A stretch of 64,000 nt of DNA from Utricularia gibba (lineage: Eukaryota; Plantae; Magnoliophyta). Position 1 is the stretch's first letter. Each line of letters opens with the position of its first letter. The position numbers were made by a program, and so were the translations under genes. This document shows, in pieces, positions 1 through 14,394 of this stretch. The notes beneath the pieces were generated by a model. It ran no database searches. It was not told the DNA's origin and worked only from the letters and a program-made list of their open reading frames with translations. The stretch covers positions 2,604,001 through 2,668,000 of the forward strand of contig NEEC01000009.1 in NCBI GenBank assembly GCA_002189035.1. Reading direction: 5' to 3'.

Positions 1-27
1 CACAGTGTGCTGCTGATGAAAACTCCT

Positions 28-3000
28 TCAGTAGTTACTTGGCCAATTAGGCTGTGGCTGCTGATAAGCACTGGCATTCTGTCCCACCATGTCAGCATGG
101 CTCGTGATTGCTTGAGATTGCTGCAAAATGGGGTGAACGTTTGCAGATGGGGCCATTCCTTGTGCAGGATGGAACATACCAGTAAAGGCTCCATGTCCTG
201 GCCCTGTTGGGTTGAATGACATTTGGCCCTGAGGAAGGCTGTAGAACGTACTAGCCTGCAAGCTACCTACATCTGCCGTTGGGGTGGTAAACCATACCCC
301 AGAACCATCGTTCTGGCATCAAGTAAATATCAGAAATAATGACCAAGAGTTCAACTAAAGGAAGTGATAATAAACTGATGAATGAATAAATCCGGTGGGA
401 AGTCAAGATGAAACTAGCATGCTGCAGTACCAGGTATACACAACTGATGATACTTCAACTACAGGACTCCTATAATGCTTTTTTTTTTTTGATTAATAAA
501 ATGGCATATGGAATCAAACCTGTTGGATACCAATATAGGCACTGTTTTCCTTGGCATGAGATACAGCAGTATCATCAATCGAACTTGACGTCACAGTTTG
601 TGATGGTGAACTTGAAGGGTACCCAACCATGGAAAGATCGTACGTCCCATAGCTTCCAGGTAGGCTTGCTTGTGTTGGGTTTCCGGTATTTGATCCCTGC
701 TTAAACTGTGCAACAGAATACTTGGAAGATGTTCCGGGTGCAGAAGGATACAAATTTCCTGACTGCGGTTGCTGAGAAAACATGCCATTACTCAAGACCT
801 GATGAATTGCAGGTGGTGGGACATAGAATGGGGAAAAGTAGGGACCATATGGGATAAAATTTGGAGGATAATGGGGAAGATGAACACCGGATGGGTGTCG
901 AAAAATGGGAAGAGATTGTTGTGTTGTAGCTATTGAACTACGCACAACACCAGCAGCTTGGGTCACCAGCTGAGCAGGAGCGTTGGACAAAACCATCTGC
1001 CCATTGCCCTGCAACTGAACCATTTCAGCAGAGTGAGTGGCAGCCCACAGGGCAATAACATGGCAACATGCATCGCAAGAACCTCTCTATACAACTAAAA
1101 TAAATTTGTATTGTGACCGTACCAGAGATCAGACATACAAAAGGACAAGGTAAATAGAAACGTAGCCAAGTAAATCCTAATTTGCAGATTAAACATTTGG
1201 ACGAAGAAACAGTAGTTGAGTCCACCTAAAAGGAAGGGCCGTGATCTCGAGTGCCATTGCTGGAGTTATTATGGTACTCTTTAAGGTTACACATATCTTA
1301 TCATGTAAAAAAGCAAAAAAACAAAAGCAGACTGCAAGATTAGTTGGTCAAAAGCATATGAGGTTAGCAAGAAGACGGAGAAATAAGAGAGTTTACACAC
1401 ACCTCTGGAGGAGTCTGAGCAGTCTGCGGAGAGATCATTGCTGTATTACCATTATACTTGTTTACAGCTCCTGCAGGGAGGATGGGTGAAATTCGTCCAT
1501 CACTGTCCATAAACCCAGACCGATAAAACTGTGCATAGTAACTTGCTGGATCAAAAGATTGCGGTATCTGCATGGTGAAAAACGATCCATTTAAGCATGG
1601 ACAGGTTACTTTTTCGAATAGCTAACGGAAAATATTATACCAGAAACAAACAAAATGCAGCTCATGTAGCAAGAATCACAATTTATGTTTTAAGTGGAAG
1701 TGATAACTCACAATAAATCCTGGAAGTCGAGAAGCATCACGGGCTTGAGGATCCAAACTTTCCAACGGTGAACCTTGGCTGCTTACTATTGGTGGCATTA
1801 ACCCGATATTGTAACTTGAGGGGGTATGTTGCGATGTATGCTGGTGGCTTTCTTGAGCTGCTTCCAATGAGGGTCCATTCACTTCCAAGGTGGTTGAGGG
1901 TGCTTGTTGGACCGTGGCCTCTGGGTTCTCAGAATATTCTTTATCAGTATCCTCTACATCTAGCATTTTGTTTTCACTTCTGTAATCACAAAAGCCAGGC
2001 ACATCCTTAGTAGAAAATAACCTTGAAAAAAATAATTAACGTCTCTACTCTTAATCAATATGGAGTATACTCCGGATGAATGAATCTCATATTAATTAAT
2101 ATGAATCAAATAAAGTCATCAGGCAATCTTACATTAGAATAATGGTATTTCACAAAGCATCACATGCGTACCTGAACTTCAGCTCCTTCACAGGCTCATC
2201 ATTGGGAATTGAGGGCTCAGAAAGCACTGAGGTTTTTCCATCAGTCACTCCAACCCCTTGACCCACGTCCAATTCAAAACCAGCATCGAAGCTTCCAAAG
2301 CAAAATCCAAGCTTTTTCACCTCAGGAATAATCGCATTCTTTCTCTCTATCAAGTTTGCATCCTTCAATTTTTTCGCGAGCTCAATTGATTCTTCTGAAG
2401 AAATGGCTTGGGGGGGTGCTGTAAATCCTGATTGTATTTCATTTGATATCGCGGAACCCTCTGATAAAGCAGTAGCAGCCACACTGAGAGTGCTATTGGC
2501 GTGAGAGGACTTAGGCTTCCATTCTTCCAAAAGATAAATTCATAGAATCAAGATACCATGTTTTAAGATTTGAAGCACAGAGCATATAAACGAAGATGGC
2601 ATTCAAACGGGAAGGTGCAGTCACATTATACAATTTGTTGAACGCTTATAAATATGTATTTAAGTAAACAATACTGTAAAAAATATTGCTACGTCCCAAA
2701 CCTGAACAATTCATCCCCTGCATATGTTGGTCATATAATTTAGACGGAAATTCATTTAATTGGAGAATATAAAGAGCGTCCTTTTAACCGCTCTTTCCCG
2801 AAGGAGTGCCTTTCAGTGGCCTACCAACAATCTAAAGATCCCCGAAAACTTAAACATAATTAGAGAAGAAAAAATAATGGAAAACCCAACGATGACTACA
2901 CAAGAGCAAACACTTTCTGCATCAGCTAGTCCAGAAATATACCTTTTTGTTGGCCAATCACTTGAGACCGATCATTATAGTTCAAAGGTCTACCAACCGC

Positions 3001-4936
3001 AGAAGATACAGACGTTAGAGATGTGGCTGGAAGAGACTCCAACTTCTGAGAATCACCAGAACCAAGTACATGGTTGAGCATTTCATCCGGCAATTTGAAA
3101 ATTGCAATCTCGGTAGGAGCTGATAAAAAATAGCAGATCAATGATTCAATTTTGTAATTCCAGAATGAGATATAATTCTTCAACGGAGAAAATATTTGTA
3201 GAAGATGCGATTGGCTTACGAGTGTTGCTGGATGTTGATTTTTTCCCAGACATATCATCCAGAGGTTGGAAAGTAGCACGTTTTCTACCCTCTTCATGCT
3301 GCAGAGTAGTAACTACACCAGGGATGGATGTATCTTGGGAATCTAACGATGAGAGATAAGATCTTGAAGCAGAAGTAAGCGGATCCCCATAGTTTCCAAG
3401 ATGTGTATTTTCATTTTCCGTTCGATTCTTTGCATCCATAGATTCAGAATTATTGGAAGAGCCTGCCTGAAGTGAAGACGAGAGTGGTTCATTTGGCTTC
3501 CCAGTGCAGGCATTTTCATCAGAGACATGAAAATCTTTTCCAGAAGGACCATTCGATAATGAGCCAGTATGGCTGAAAGCATGAGAAACAACATAGAAAA
3601 AAAATTCAGAGTTTGTAAGGAAAGGTACACGACATACAGTTACGAGCGGGAAATAGTGCATCAAATCTGAAAACCGACAGTAAATGCACCTTTCATTAGG
3701 AGAACCGCTCGGTTTGATCTCTATGCTGGTAGCTGTAAGAACCTTAGCGTTAGCTTTCTCACCAAGGTAACTGGAAGCATTTTCCTTCAGGCCCAAAGTG
3801 CTCCTTCCACCACCAGCATCTGATATTCAGGAAAAAAGGATGAAAGGGTGAATTTGGCGACGAAGTTCAAAATTAGAGCTTTCAGGCAAAGCATTATTCT
3901 TTTTTCATTACTAGTTTGTGGAACAGGTTTAATATCGTTAACAGAAAGAAAGCCACGATGGAGGTAAGAACACAGCAACATGCAAAGTAAATATGCGACA
4001 CTAACTGCATTAGAACTACATACTCCAATACAGAAAATCATATTAAACGTAAGTATAGTCACCTTGAGAAGCATTTCGCGAGACATAATTCGTACGACCA
4101 CCCCTATGTGACCGTGATTGAGGGCCATGCTTCCATTTCTGGTCCTCCGGTTCCTTATTCTGGTTCTGCAACAAAAAAAAAAGGAACAATTTTTCAGCAT
4201 CCATATACTATAACTTAAATAAAAAAACACAAATTGCAAAGATATGATTTCAGAAAAATCATCATCTAAAAGATAGAAGTACAATGGCATTTCATAAATC
4301 AAACCCTACTTATCACTATGGAGGATGATCTTGGGGATCCAAGGCATAGTTTTCCAAGGTATCTTAACAAACCTAAGATCCTCCAAGATGCAAGCTTTAG
4401 TCTGAAATACGAAAACAGGAAAGGCTGAAGTACCTCCTTTTTACGATCACGCCTCCGCTTGACTTCATGAAATGTATCTGCGCGACAATATGCAGAATTT
4501 CTATCATACTTACTACAAGGAAAAATCCCTAACACGGAAAGCCGTAAGGACGGAACAATTCTTTCCCCACGATGCGAAAACATATCAAACTACACGGGAC
4601 TCGCATTTATCGGGCAAAAACTAGAGCACTGTTTTCTAAGCAAGATAGAATGAAACAACGGGTGTGGCCAGTACAGATCCACAAATCCCCAGATGAATCT
4701 TCGAAAAACAATTACGCCCCTGAACTCAGTATTGAGAAAAAAGGAAGAGATTATCGACCTAGAAGTAGAAGCCTCTGGGTAGTTTCGTTTGGATCCATTG
4801 CACATTCCTTAAGCATTGCGTAAATGTCATCTTCACTGTGCTTATTGCTCGTTATCTCCTTGATATCCTCGATCGTCTTCTTGACACTGCTCGGAATCGA
4901 AACCCTAGATGCACCACCTTTCACCCCACTGTTCAT
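28..4936 (-). CDS. GBF-interacting protein 1-like (DUF1296), multi-exon, complete
   Basis: Exon 1 MNSGVKGGASRVSIPSSVKKTIEDIKEIT...DIYAMLKECAMDPNETTQRLL and exon 2 DTFHEVKRRRDRKKE are the DUF1296/GIP1 N-terminus. Later exons carry EWKPK, FDPASYYAQFYR and a Q/P/S-rich tail ending QPNWPSNY*. Exons were chained manually through GT-AG junctions in phase. Confidence 0.85.
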
Positions 4937-6944
4937 CCTCTGGAGCAATCTACCCCCACCGCCGCAACCGTATCCCTTTAAAAACCTGTACGGGAATCGA
5001 GAGTTTCAACAGAAAACAGCATCAGCAAAACGAAAGGACCCACGAACACATTAGCAATCAATTTTCCAGTCTCTGGGGGGAAAACCAAATGTGGGAGAAA
5101 GAGGGAGGCGAAGCGAGAGGGAGCCAAAGGGAACCAAAAAAGAAACGCTGACAGACCATCAGGATATTTTATTACAGCACCCGGGCCTTAACCGGGACCC
5201 ACAAATTTGAGATAAGGTTAACGGATTTTTTCCTTGATTAGCACTAATTTTAATTAAGATAATTATAGGTGATTTTAACTATTTTAAATAAATATACTAT
5301 ATTATATTAGAGAATCAATACATATAACATATTCAATAGACAAAAAAATATGATAAAAATACCAATCACAATAGTCAATCTTAAATCCCCACAAATTGAA
5401 TATTTTTGTATTTTTGAAGGAGAAAATCGCCTTAATGAAATTGAGTGTAAAGTTCAAGTATCGATGTTATACCGCATTGATTATGGATGGAAAAAAATGA
5501 GTTTGAGTAGAAAGTTACTTCTAATTTTATATAATTTTTTTATAAATAAAAAACAGAAAATCGTAATAATTAAATATTTGAATTAAATAACATAATATAA
5601 AATAAAAATGGATCATGATATTAATTTATTTAATAAAATTCTAAAATTACATGTAAAAGAAAATAAAAATTATAATTGATTTATTATTAATTAATATAAA
5701 ACTAATCATTTACCAAATGCAATATTATCTTATATATACCTTTGTAAAATATATATATCAAACACACTTTTAATTTTAATTATATAATATATAATAATTG
5801 AAACATATTATTAATTACTATCCAACTAAACATGGATTACCAAATTTTATTTCTAATAAAAAGCGCTTTTTTTTCCTTATAACAAATACTTGTTATATAA
5901 ATGTTAAGGTTTCCCTTGTAATAAAACATATAATCTGTACAGCGGATTTTGGAAACCTTTTTTCTTCAAAGGAAAATTCCTAATTCTTGTAATATTTTGA
6001 CATTTTCTTATTATACCATTCGAAAAGTACATATTATATTCACCTATTTTAATGATGATTTTATAATTATATTGTAGAAAAATACCTATATTTTACTTTT
6101 ATTTTAAAAAACTATATAATAGATGTATTATATTCCTGTTTTATTTTGTGTTATATGCTAAAAATCTTTCAAATGTCTTAATTTAGTTTAAATTAAAATT
6201 TATGATTTTTTATTTTTTGCTAAATATTTTTCGATATCTAAATTTAGTTTATATTAATTTTTTTTTTAGATTTTAAGATATCGCGGGTTTGGGCTTGAGG
6301 GGTCAGCCGACCAGGTGATTTACCCTACGTAATAAACAATATTTATGAGGGCCTATTATTTTTGTAACCCTCCTGCGTCTCTCACCGATCCGGCCCGCCG
6401 TTGATAGCCCTCGCCGCCGCCCTCCTTTTTTTCTGTTTTTATATAGATTACGCTGCTCGAAAGTTTCTGTACTTATCTCTCAAGGTTCGTGAAGCAATCT
6501 TCGATTCTTTTGTATATTCGCGTGTTAACTATGATCATTTTTTTAAGATTTTGGCATCGCGGTTACTTCTACGGTTATGTTATCAATCGCCGCGCCTATT
6601 TAGTGAATCGGTGGTGGTTTTCGTTTCCCTGGATGATTCTGATTTAAAATGAACAGAAGTAATCGCGAGTTTTGAGTCGTCGCTGTTTGTCAAATTCGTG
6701 ATTATTCGTTGTTCTTGATTTTTTTTTGTGCGTGTGTGTGGTGTCTTCTGATGGCCGCGTTCTGTCATATCTGTTGGTAGCTATCTGCGTGCCAGAATTT
6801 CCACTGATTTCACCATTTGAATGATATTTTAGCGGTGCAAGATCACTTTTTTTTCTTTATTATTTATCAATGTTTTCTTGTTATTCTCCAGTTATCTCTG
6901 AAAAAGGGATTTGTTATCAACATAACTGGTGCTAATTACAAGGG

Positions 6945-8291
6945 ATGAGTTACCCCGATCCTCAACCCCTGCTGCATGGACAACGATTCATGCCATCACC
7001 ATTTTCCGTTGGGGATGAAGGCAACTTCTGGCAACCGCTACCAGCTGAGAAGCCACAAAATTTGGGTCGGCAATTCGATCATCCACCTACGCTTATAAAT
7101 TCTAGACCCTCAGAATATTCAGCCAGTCTCCCTACAGCACCTAGCAATTCAAGAACGAATCCACCGAGCGTGGCAGGAGGCAAGAGTACCAGCCGCATTT
7201 TTTACAAGACTAGACTCTGCACTCAATTCAGAGACGGCACCTGTAGAAATGGGGAGCATTGCACATTTGCTCATGGGAACAGCGAATTACGACATCCACC
7301 ACCAAACTGGCAGGAGCTTGTAAGGGAAAAGGATAGAGAAGTAGGAAATGGTAATTGGGGAGATGATCAGAGAATGAGTCAGAGGATGAAGATATGTAAC
7401 AAGTACTACAGCGGGGAAGAATGTCCATATGGTGACAAATGCAATTTCATTCATGAAAGGCCTCATCAGGCCAAGAAGCCTAGGACTGATGCATTTGATC
7501 AGCGGGAAACTTCTGCTATCAGCATTGGAGTTACGATTGATCCCAGGGGAACTTCTGGTAATTTTGAGCAGCCTGCCTTTTGGAAGACAAAGATCTGCAG
7601 CAAATGGGAGATGGGCATTTGTCCTTACGGAGACAGGTGCAGTTTTGCCCATGGGCAGTCAGGTATGTATAACCTCCGTTTAGTCCGATTCTTTAGCTTC
7701 CTTTTGGGTCCTTGATACATGCCTGACCAATTAGCGAAGGAAATTTTAACTCCAGATTTTTTTAAGTTATTCCTATCAAACTTGAAATGCACCAAGTTCA
7801 ATCCACAGAAGAAGTTTAGTGATGTGACCGTTATTCCCTGAACTCTTCCATGCCTCTATGAATATGTGACTATAGGAAACCTACAGGAAAAACAGACACA
7901 TAAGATCGATGTGTTCATCAAAATATTGCTCCCTTTTTGTTGCCATCAACTTATCCTGTCTGTTACAGTCTTTGTTGGATATGATCTGATCTGTATTTTT
8001 GATCTTCTTCTCACCTCTGGTGTGTTGACAGACTTACGATTGTCAAGTGCAACCTACGAACCGGAACAAGCGACAAGCACACTCTCTGCTCCGAGGAAAA
8101 CCACTTCAATCCCGACTTTCAACTTGGCTGCTACCGGTGGTAATCTAGAAGATGGTAATCATCCAGCTGAAGATGAAGAACACGAGAGACGACTAAGATG
8201 GAAGTTGAAGAAGAAGGTCAATCAGATTTACGCAGATTGGTTCGACAATCTGTCACCGCCGATTGGCTCCCCGACAGCGCAAGATAGCTGA
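6945..8291 (+). CDS. Tandem CCCH zinc-finger protein (three CCCH motifs), 2 exons
   Basis: Motifs CTQFRDGTCRNGEHCTFAH, CNKYYSGEECPYGDKCNFIH and CSKWEMGICPYGDRCSFAH, with FYKTRLC/FWKTKIC leaders. Intron TCAG|gtatg...ttgacag|ACTT joins in phase to the exon ending ...WKLKKKVNQIYADW...QDS*. Confidence 0.9.
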
Positions 8292-8832
8292 GCAGCTCTC
8301 GGCAGATTCTGAAGCATGCGCATAATTTAGATACTAGCAATTAGCTTGGGGGTTTTTCCTTTGGAGGCCTTCGTAATTCCAACGTCGGCCAAAGTGGCTT
8401 CTTTACATTCATTTTGTAATATCCAGTGCCAAATATCCCCATTCTGTGCTGAATCAGGTGCCATGTCTACTTGAATCGTCAAGAAAAAGAACAGGAAGCA
8501 GATCGGTCGGATTCTGCTCCAGGTCCAAGTTCCAAACTTGCTGCATTGATGATGATATTACTTGGCTCTCGTGGATTCCTTTGTAGCTCCTGAAATGGAT
8601 CAGCGAACGCGGCCCAATAACTGTTTGGGCCTATACCCAATAACATAAATCTTCTTTTTTTTTTTCCATTCATCTTCTTTCCTGCTCCAGCGTCGTCAGT
8701 TCCCGGGACCGGAGGTGGTATGATCTTTAGAACTAATAGTAACCGTGGGTCTTCGTATATAGCTGAGGGATTGGGGATCGAGGAGCCGCGTCTTGGCTTG
8801 TGATTTTTCTTGCCAGGCGGAGATCGAGGTCA

Positions 8833-11295
8833 ATGGCTGATTTTATGACTTCAACTCACAGGGCGAAGTGGATATTCAGTCCTCAGGATCTTGTATGTTT
8901 CTGTACTTCGGTTTTTTTCTTTTGTCGTTTCTATTTGAAAAAAGAACTTTGTTGTTATTTCTGGGCACTATTTTGTTGGCTGTAGAAAGAAAAGTACAAG
9001 GAAGCGAACAAACGGGCTAAACAAACACTTGAGAAGGTATTCCGTAATGCTGGTATTTTTGCGTACGGTGTGAAATTGGATTTTTCAATCAAGACCTGGG
9101 ATAGTTTGGTGAAGGAAATATTACTGATTTTCACGTCTGTATGGCATAATGATCACACGACTGCGTTTTTTTGTGGAAGTATGGTGCTACCAGGATGGAA
9201 GTGGATGCTGACGGTTCGTTTCCCAGCGTTGAGGCTCAGCGTGATGCTAAAGAAAATGGTTGCTCCCTTTTCTATTATAGCAGCTTTTTTTGTGTGTGGT
9301 TGTTCATGACCTTAGATTATGATGCAGTTTCGATGGAAAAGCATTCTCGCCCTAAAGCACTCAAGCCTGAAGAGGAGCAGCTCTTGAGGGCTTTCTATGA
9401 GTTTAAAATCCAAGACGTCTGTGATGCTTTCAAGTTTCCACGTAAAATACAGGTTGACGAATTTATGGGGGATGTGAATAAGCTCCAAAATATCATGAGT
9501 TCCTATTTCAACTTACATGTATTTGTTTCTACAGGCAACAGCCCTCATTTACTTTAAAAGATTTTATTTACAATGGTCTGTGATGGAGCATCATCCCAAG
9601 AATATCATGTATGACTGCTTCTGTACTGTTTGTGTAGTTTTCCATCTGATTTTGTACTGAAAAGACTAATATATCTATGAGCAGTAATCGTAGTGGATGT
9701 TAATTTTGTACTAGGACAGTCTAACAAGGAAGGAAGGAATTCATATGTTTTGTTTGATAATTATAAGTATCCCTCCCGTTGTTGTTTTTTTTTTTTTTTT
9801 TGTTTTTGTATTCCAATGGAGTAATCATCAATAAAACTGGTTGCATTACTAGCTTTTGTAATATTTCATATAATGTTCCTTATTTCCTCAATTGTGTACT
9901 GACCCGTAGGTTGACCTGCATATATGCTGCCTGTAAGTCAGAAGAGAACCACGTATCAGCTGAGGAGCTTGGAAAAGGGATCGAACAGGATCATCAGATG
10001 ATTCTGAACAATGAAATGCTGGTTCTTCAGGCATGCATATGTTAGTCAGTATGAGGTTATTGATCTCTCTTGGTTGAGTTCTGATTCAGCTACATATTTT
10101 TATGTGGTTGCAGAGTTTAGAATTTGACCTGATTGTGTATGCACCTTATCGTTCTCTTGAAGGCATTGTCAGTGACATAAAGGTTCATTGCTTCTTGAGC
10201 TTGTTCTTTTTCGTTGTATTTATCCATTATTGATATGGTTTCATGCAAGCTACATAGTCATACCTGTCTATCCTCTAGGAGCTATTTTATGCAAAGGTGG
10301 AACAGCAGGAGCTTCTGACGGTCTGATATCTTATCTCATCCTTGAACTCAAATCTTATATTCTTTTCAGCCACTGCATACAAATATCTTGCTTTTCAAAC
10401 AAATCCTCTTCAATACTAGAACTTTAAATTTTTTTTTTCACTAGAAGCATCTAAAATTTTCACCACTGTACGGTTTTCAGAGAGTGCATGAACATGCAAA
10501 GTTAGAAGTCGACAAAATAATGCGCACTGAAGCTCCTCTTCTATTCCCACCCGGGCAGGTACTTCCACTGATGTTTTTTACGCTTGATAGCACCTTTGGT
10601 GTGATAGATTTATTATGTCAAATTTTCTCAGTTAGAAAATGAAATTTAGAGCTTTATATATAACTGCTATGTGATCGACTTATGACCAAGTCAGTGTTTC
10701 AAATCAATGGAAGTGGTGCGGGTAGCCCTTGGTTTTTTTGTAGGATTGATTTTAACATACTTCTTTACAGTTGGCTCTGGCAGCCTTGCGCCGATCCTTG
10801 CGAGAGGCTCCTGAGCTTATGGAGTTTGAGAGGTATATGCTACTTGATCTTAATGCATGTTTGTAGGAAATGACTACCAAGACAAAATTCATGCAGATAC
10901 CTTCAAGACGTACTCTCTAAGCAGAAGCCTTCTCATGCTATTTCTGATATAATCATTCGTCTGAATTCCATCGATATGCTGGTACCCTGTTATTTGGATA
11001 TATCTCTCCTGTTTGCTGAATTATCAATATCTCCAGTAACAGATTTCTCTGTTGTACAGATAAACAAACTTGAAACCCCCACCTCAAAAGACGTGAAACA
11101 CATAGATAGGAAACTGAAATCTTGCTTGGATCCAAGTTCACATGAGAAGTAATTCCCAGAAAATGCTTTTTTTTTAACCTTGAATTCTCCTGCTTGTCAG
11201 CTATCTGACTCTTTTTGTTGTTGCTCATGTATCGCAGGAGTAGGAAACGAAAACACAGATCCAAAGAGACTTCAACTGAAATGCACGTTGTATGA
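8833..11295 (+). CDS. CYCH1: Cyclin H (CDK-activating kinase cyclin), 13 exons
   Basis: Starts [20 protein letters not shown]. Cyclin-box exons [34 protein letters not shown] and [14 protein letters not shown]-terminus [11 protein letters not shown]...[18 protein letters not shown]. All exons chain in phase; one has a GC donor at 10031. Confidence 0.93.
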
Positions 11296-11845
11296 TCCGG
11301 AGGCGACAGTTCCAACATGTGTTTAGTTGGCCGCAACTACATTAATGAATCAGAAAAATGCATCTTCAACCAGCATTTTTCTGATGATTTTTGACAGGAT
11401 TATCGGGGTTCATTCAACCTCCTGAAAAACTTGTATCGTTCGCCGTTACTGGCTGCCATCCTTCGGGGCGCGAGTGTTTAAACGAATCATTAGGAGACTA
11501 AAAGAACAGAAGATGAAAGGAAATTTACAAGTGCTAATCCTGAAAATTTATACTCTTCACGCTACATTCAATGCAAGTAGCTGTTTTTCGAATCTAAATG
11601 GAAGTTTTTAGGCTTCAGACTTCATCTGTCAATAGGGGATGCAGGGATCTGCATCAGGTTAATGGCTCAATGCTTTGAGTTCCTCATCAAGCTGGCACAA
11701 CTGCTGCAGCTTGTAGTCAAGGTATTCCGTGAGAGAGCCACAAATAATTGTTCCCATGAATTTGTTTGAGCTGAATGGCCGCGCATCCACCCGTTCCTGT
11801 GTTTGCATCTCAGGAACTGAATAATCTTCTTCTGGTTTGTGAATT

Positions 11846-13873
11846 TCAATTGGGCTCTTTGGTTCTGTCTGCTTGAGTCTCGGATGCATCAGCCATCGTA
11901 TCAGGCTCTTTACTGCTGCCTTTAGCATCTGTTTCCCTCTGAAGAAGTTCATCAGGTGTTGCAGCTGGATCAAGATCCCAGCAACCTTCAGGCAAGTTTG
12001 TCCCATCAACCTTGAGTGAGCATGCTGGAACTTGATGCGAAAAGCGAAGCATTTCTCGTCTAGGAATGCAACGCACAGAATCTCCGGCACTGACCCTTTG
12101 ATAGACCGTCTTGTATCCCTCTAGTTTGACTAGAGGAGCAATCCAGACACCCATGTCTTCTGAATAGTCACCAAGCACTTCCACCATTTCGTATTGATGC
12201 CTGATCTCCTGCGGAGTTGTTGTGTCCCAGTCTATCGACCAGTTCCGATATATGGCCCAAACCTCTCCACTTCTTGGGTAAATTCTTACACAACCTCCCC
12301 TGCCAACTTTTGTCTGGGTTAGAAGGTGGGAGAAAATGTTTACTTGATCCACAGTTTCAGAGTGAAACGCCCTGAAACTTCCACAAGATTTTGTAAAACC
12401 GGAGTCCACCCAACTAACTGATCCGAACTCACTGTCAGATTTGGAGGCCAAGTAGCTGATATGTATCTTAAATGGATGCAGAGAGATGACTTCACGAATT
12501 TGGCAATACAAACGAGGCATGCCATCTTCTTCATCGTATAGAGCCCACACCTGTCTCGGCATAAAGCATTCCTCAGTTCTGCCTTCATCAAAATCATGGA
12601 AGTCAGAGTCTGGGACACTAATTGTCATAGAAGCACTTCTTTTCAGTTCTGTTTGTTTATCACTGGATACATTTCTCTTCAAGGCCTCTACTGCTGCTTC
12701 CGAAGCCACTTTAAACTCTTCAAGCTTTCTACAGATTTCAGATCTTGCCTTTTCAATTAACAGCTGTCGACCATCAATTCCTGGGGTAGCAACCCAGCGC
12801 CTGGTTGGAGTATCAGATGAAGAAGGAAGCTTAGCAGCTTTTGGTTCAGCAGCAGTTTGGGAGCCTTTTTCTTCCTCTCCATGAACACTTGAACATCCAA
12901 GCTCCACTCGCCTTTTCTTGGTAGCCCTACCACGCCTGTGTTTTGATGATTCACTAACACCATCGTTACCATTACAGGGAGCATTATCTCTAGCTTTTGG
13001 AGCTTGATGGAATCCATTCACATTTCTGTTGTTCATGTCTCCATTAGATGGATGAGATGTAAAGGAAGATACCGATAATCCACTGGGCTCTATAACACCA
13101 AGAGAGTTTCCAGATAAGTTGCGCTGGAATGATATGTTTGAGACATATTCAGATCTATTTCCATTGTGATGCCCAGAAGATACATTGGATGCACAATATC
13201 CAGCATTCAGACGGATATAATTTCCATAAGCATGACCTCCATATCCATTTTCAGTGACATGAGAGTAGTTGGTATGCGGGGACATCCCAGTCTCAACAGC
13301 AACGAAGACACCACGACAATTCTTACAAGAAAGCCTTTTGTTTACGTATTTCCTAAGATATTCGTACTGAACATGACAAGAGGTACAAACGGTCCAGAAT
13401 GTATGAAGCCTTGCATGAGAAGATGGAGCCTTGTAGCAGTCTTCATAACTGCCTGCACTGGAAGCATTCGTCATAAACCAGTTTCTCCGCTGATCATAGG
13501 TGTTCCGTTTTGCAGTATCAGACAAAAGAGTCCAGGCTTCAGAAACAAGTTTAAATGCCCCATCGGCTCCAACTGTTCTGTTCTTATCGGGGTGCAGGAG
13601 TAGTGCAAGCTTCTTAGAGTGCTTTTTTAATTTGGACTTGTCCACTAATGGATCCACTCCTAGAATGGAATAAAAATCCAGCTCGCCATTGAATTTTACC
13701 TCAGAAGCTGCGTACACACCAAAAGTTGCCACCATTTGAGATATACCCTCAAGCTCAGGGTGCAACTTTTGGGCTTTCATGGCATATTTTTTTGCTGACT
13801 GATAGTGTTTTTCAACAAACTGCTTCTCAGCAAGTGCTTTTGCTCTAATGGCCTCATCCATGCTGGAACCCAT
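11846..13873 (-). CDS. DnaJ (J-domain) protein with DUF3444, intronless, 675 aa
   Basis: J-domain DFYSILGV...LALLLHPDKNRTVGADGAFKLVSEAW with intact HPD. TFWTVCTSC...CKNC zinc motif. C-terminal DUF3444-like block QVWALYDEEDGMPRLY...GEVWAIYRNW. Confidence 0.9.
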   Translation of the reverse strand: MGSSMDEAIRAKALAEKQFVEKHYQSAKKYAMKAQKLHPELEGISQMVATFGVYAASEVKFNGELDFYSILGVDPLVDKSKLKKHSKKLALLLHPDKNRTVGADGAFKLVSEAWTLLSDTAKRNTYDQRRNWFMTNASSAGSYEDCYKAPSSHARLHTFWTVCTSCHVQYEYLRKYVNKRLSCKNCRGVFVAVETGMSPHTNYSHVTENGYGGHAYGNYIRLNAGYCASNVSSGHHNGNRSEYVSNISFQRNLSGNSLGVIEPSGLSVSSFTSHPSNGDMNNRNVNGFHQAPKARDNAPCNGNDGVSESSKHRRGRATKKRRVELGCSSVHGEEEKGSQTAAEPKAAKLPSSSDTPTRRWVATPGIDGRQLLIEKARSEICRKLEEFKVASEAAVEALKRNVSSDKQTELKRSASMTISVPDSDFHDFDEGRTEECFMPRQVWALYDEEDGMPRLYCQIREVISLHPFKIHISYLASKSDSEFGSVSWVDSGFTKSCGSFRAFHSETVDQVNIFSHLLTQTKVGRGGCVRIYPRSGEVWAIYRNWSIDWDTTTPQEIRHQYEMVEVLGDYSEDMGVWIAPLVKLEGYKTVYQRVSAGDSVRCIPRREMLRFSHQVPACSLKVDGTNLPEGCWDLDPAATPDELLQRETDAKGSSKEPDTMADASETQADRTKEPN

Positions 13874-14394
13874 CTAAGCCTCAGATTTAATCAAAAGTCC
13901 AAAACTGATCTACCCAAAAAAAAGAAGAATCAGCATATAACGAAAATTGATCTAGAAACCACAGCAAATAGCAGTCACAGTTGCATGCGAAAGATTCAAT
14001 AAACTAAGTGCTCCATTCAAACGAAAATGATCCTCATAGTAACCATCCCTCTCACAACCAAAGGCATCAACAACAGCAGACAGCTTGTGTATGTCCATAT
14101 CTTACTGCTAGTCAAGAAATATAAATGTAGCAGCACACCCACAGGAGAAAAAAAGACATTTTCATTCCACTCCAGTATCCTTCTTACGGAATTCAAACCA
14201 AGTCAAGCATATCTCAAAAAACATTCGACGAAAGTCATGAGCTAACAGCTCGTTCAAATATCATCATTTTGACGGCAATAGTCAAAGATCTGATCAAAAG
14301 TTCACCTATACTTCTCATACTTTTTTTAAAAAAGGAACATTTTTTCGCCCAATATCAGCTCGAAACTCAAAGCAAACTATGAAAAAATAAATGT

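Noticed and set aside
5150-6300. AT-rich intergenic tracts (also 23480-24010, 29950-30530, 46660-46900) as transposons
   Set aside because: Low-complexity A/T DNA with no TIR, TSD or internal repeat that I could verify by eye.
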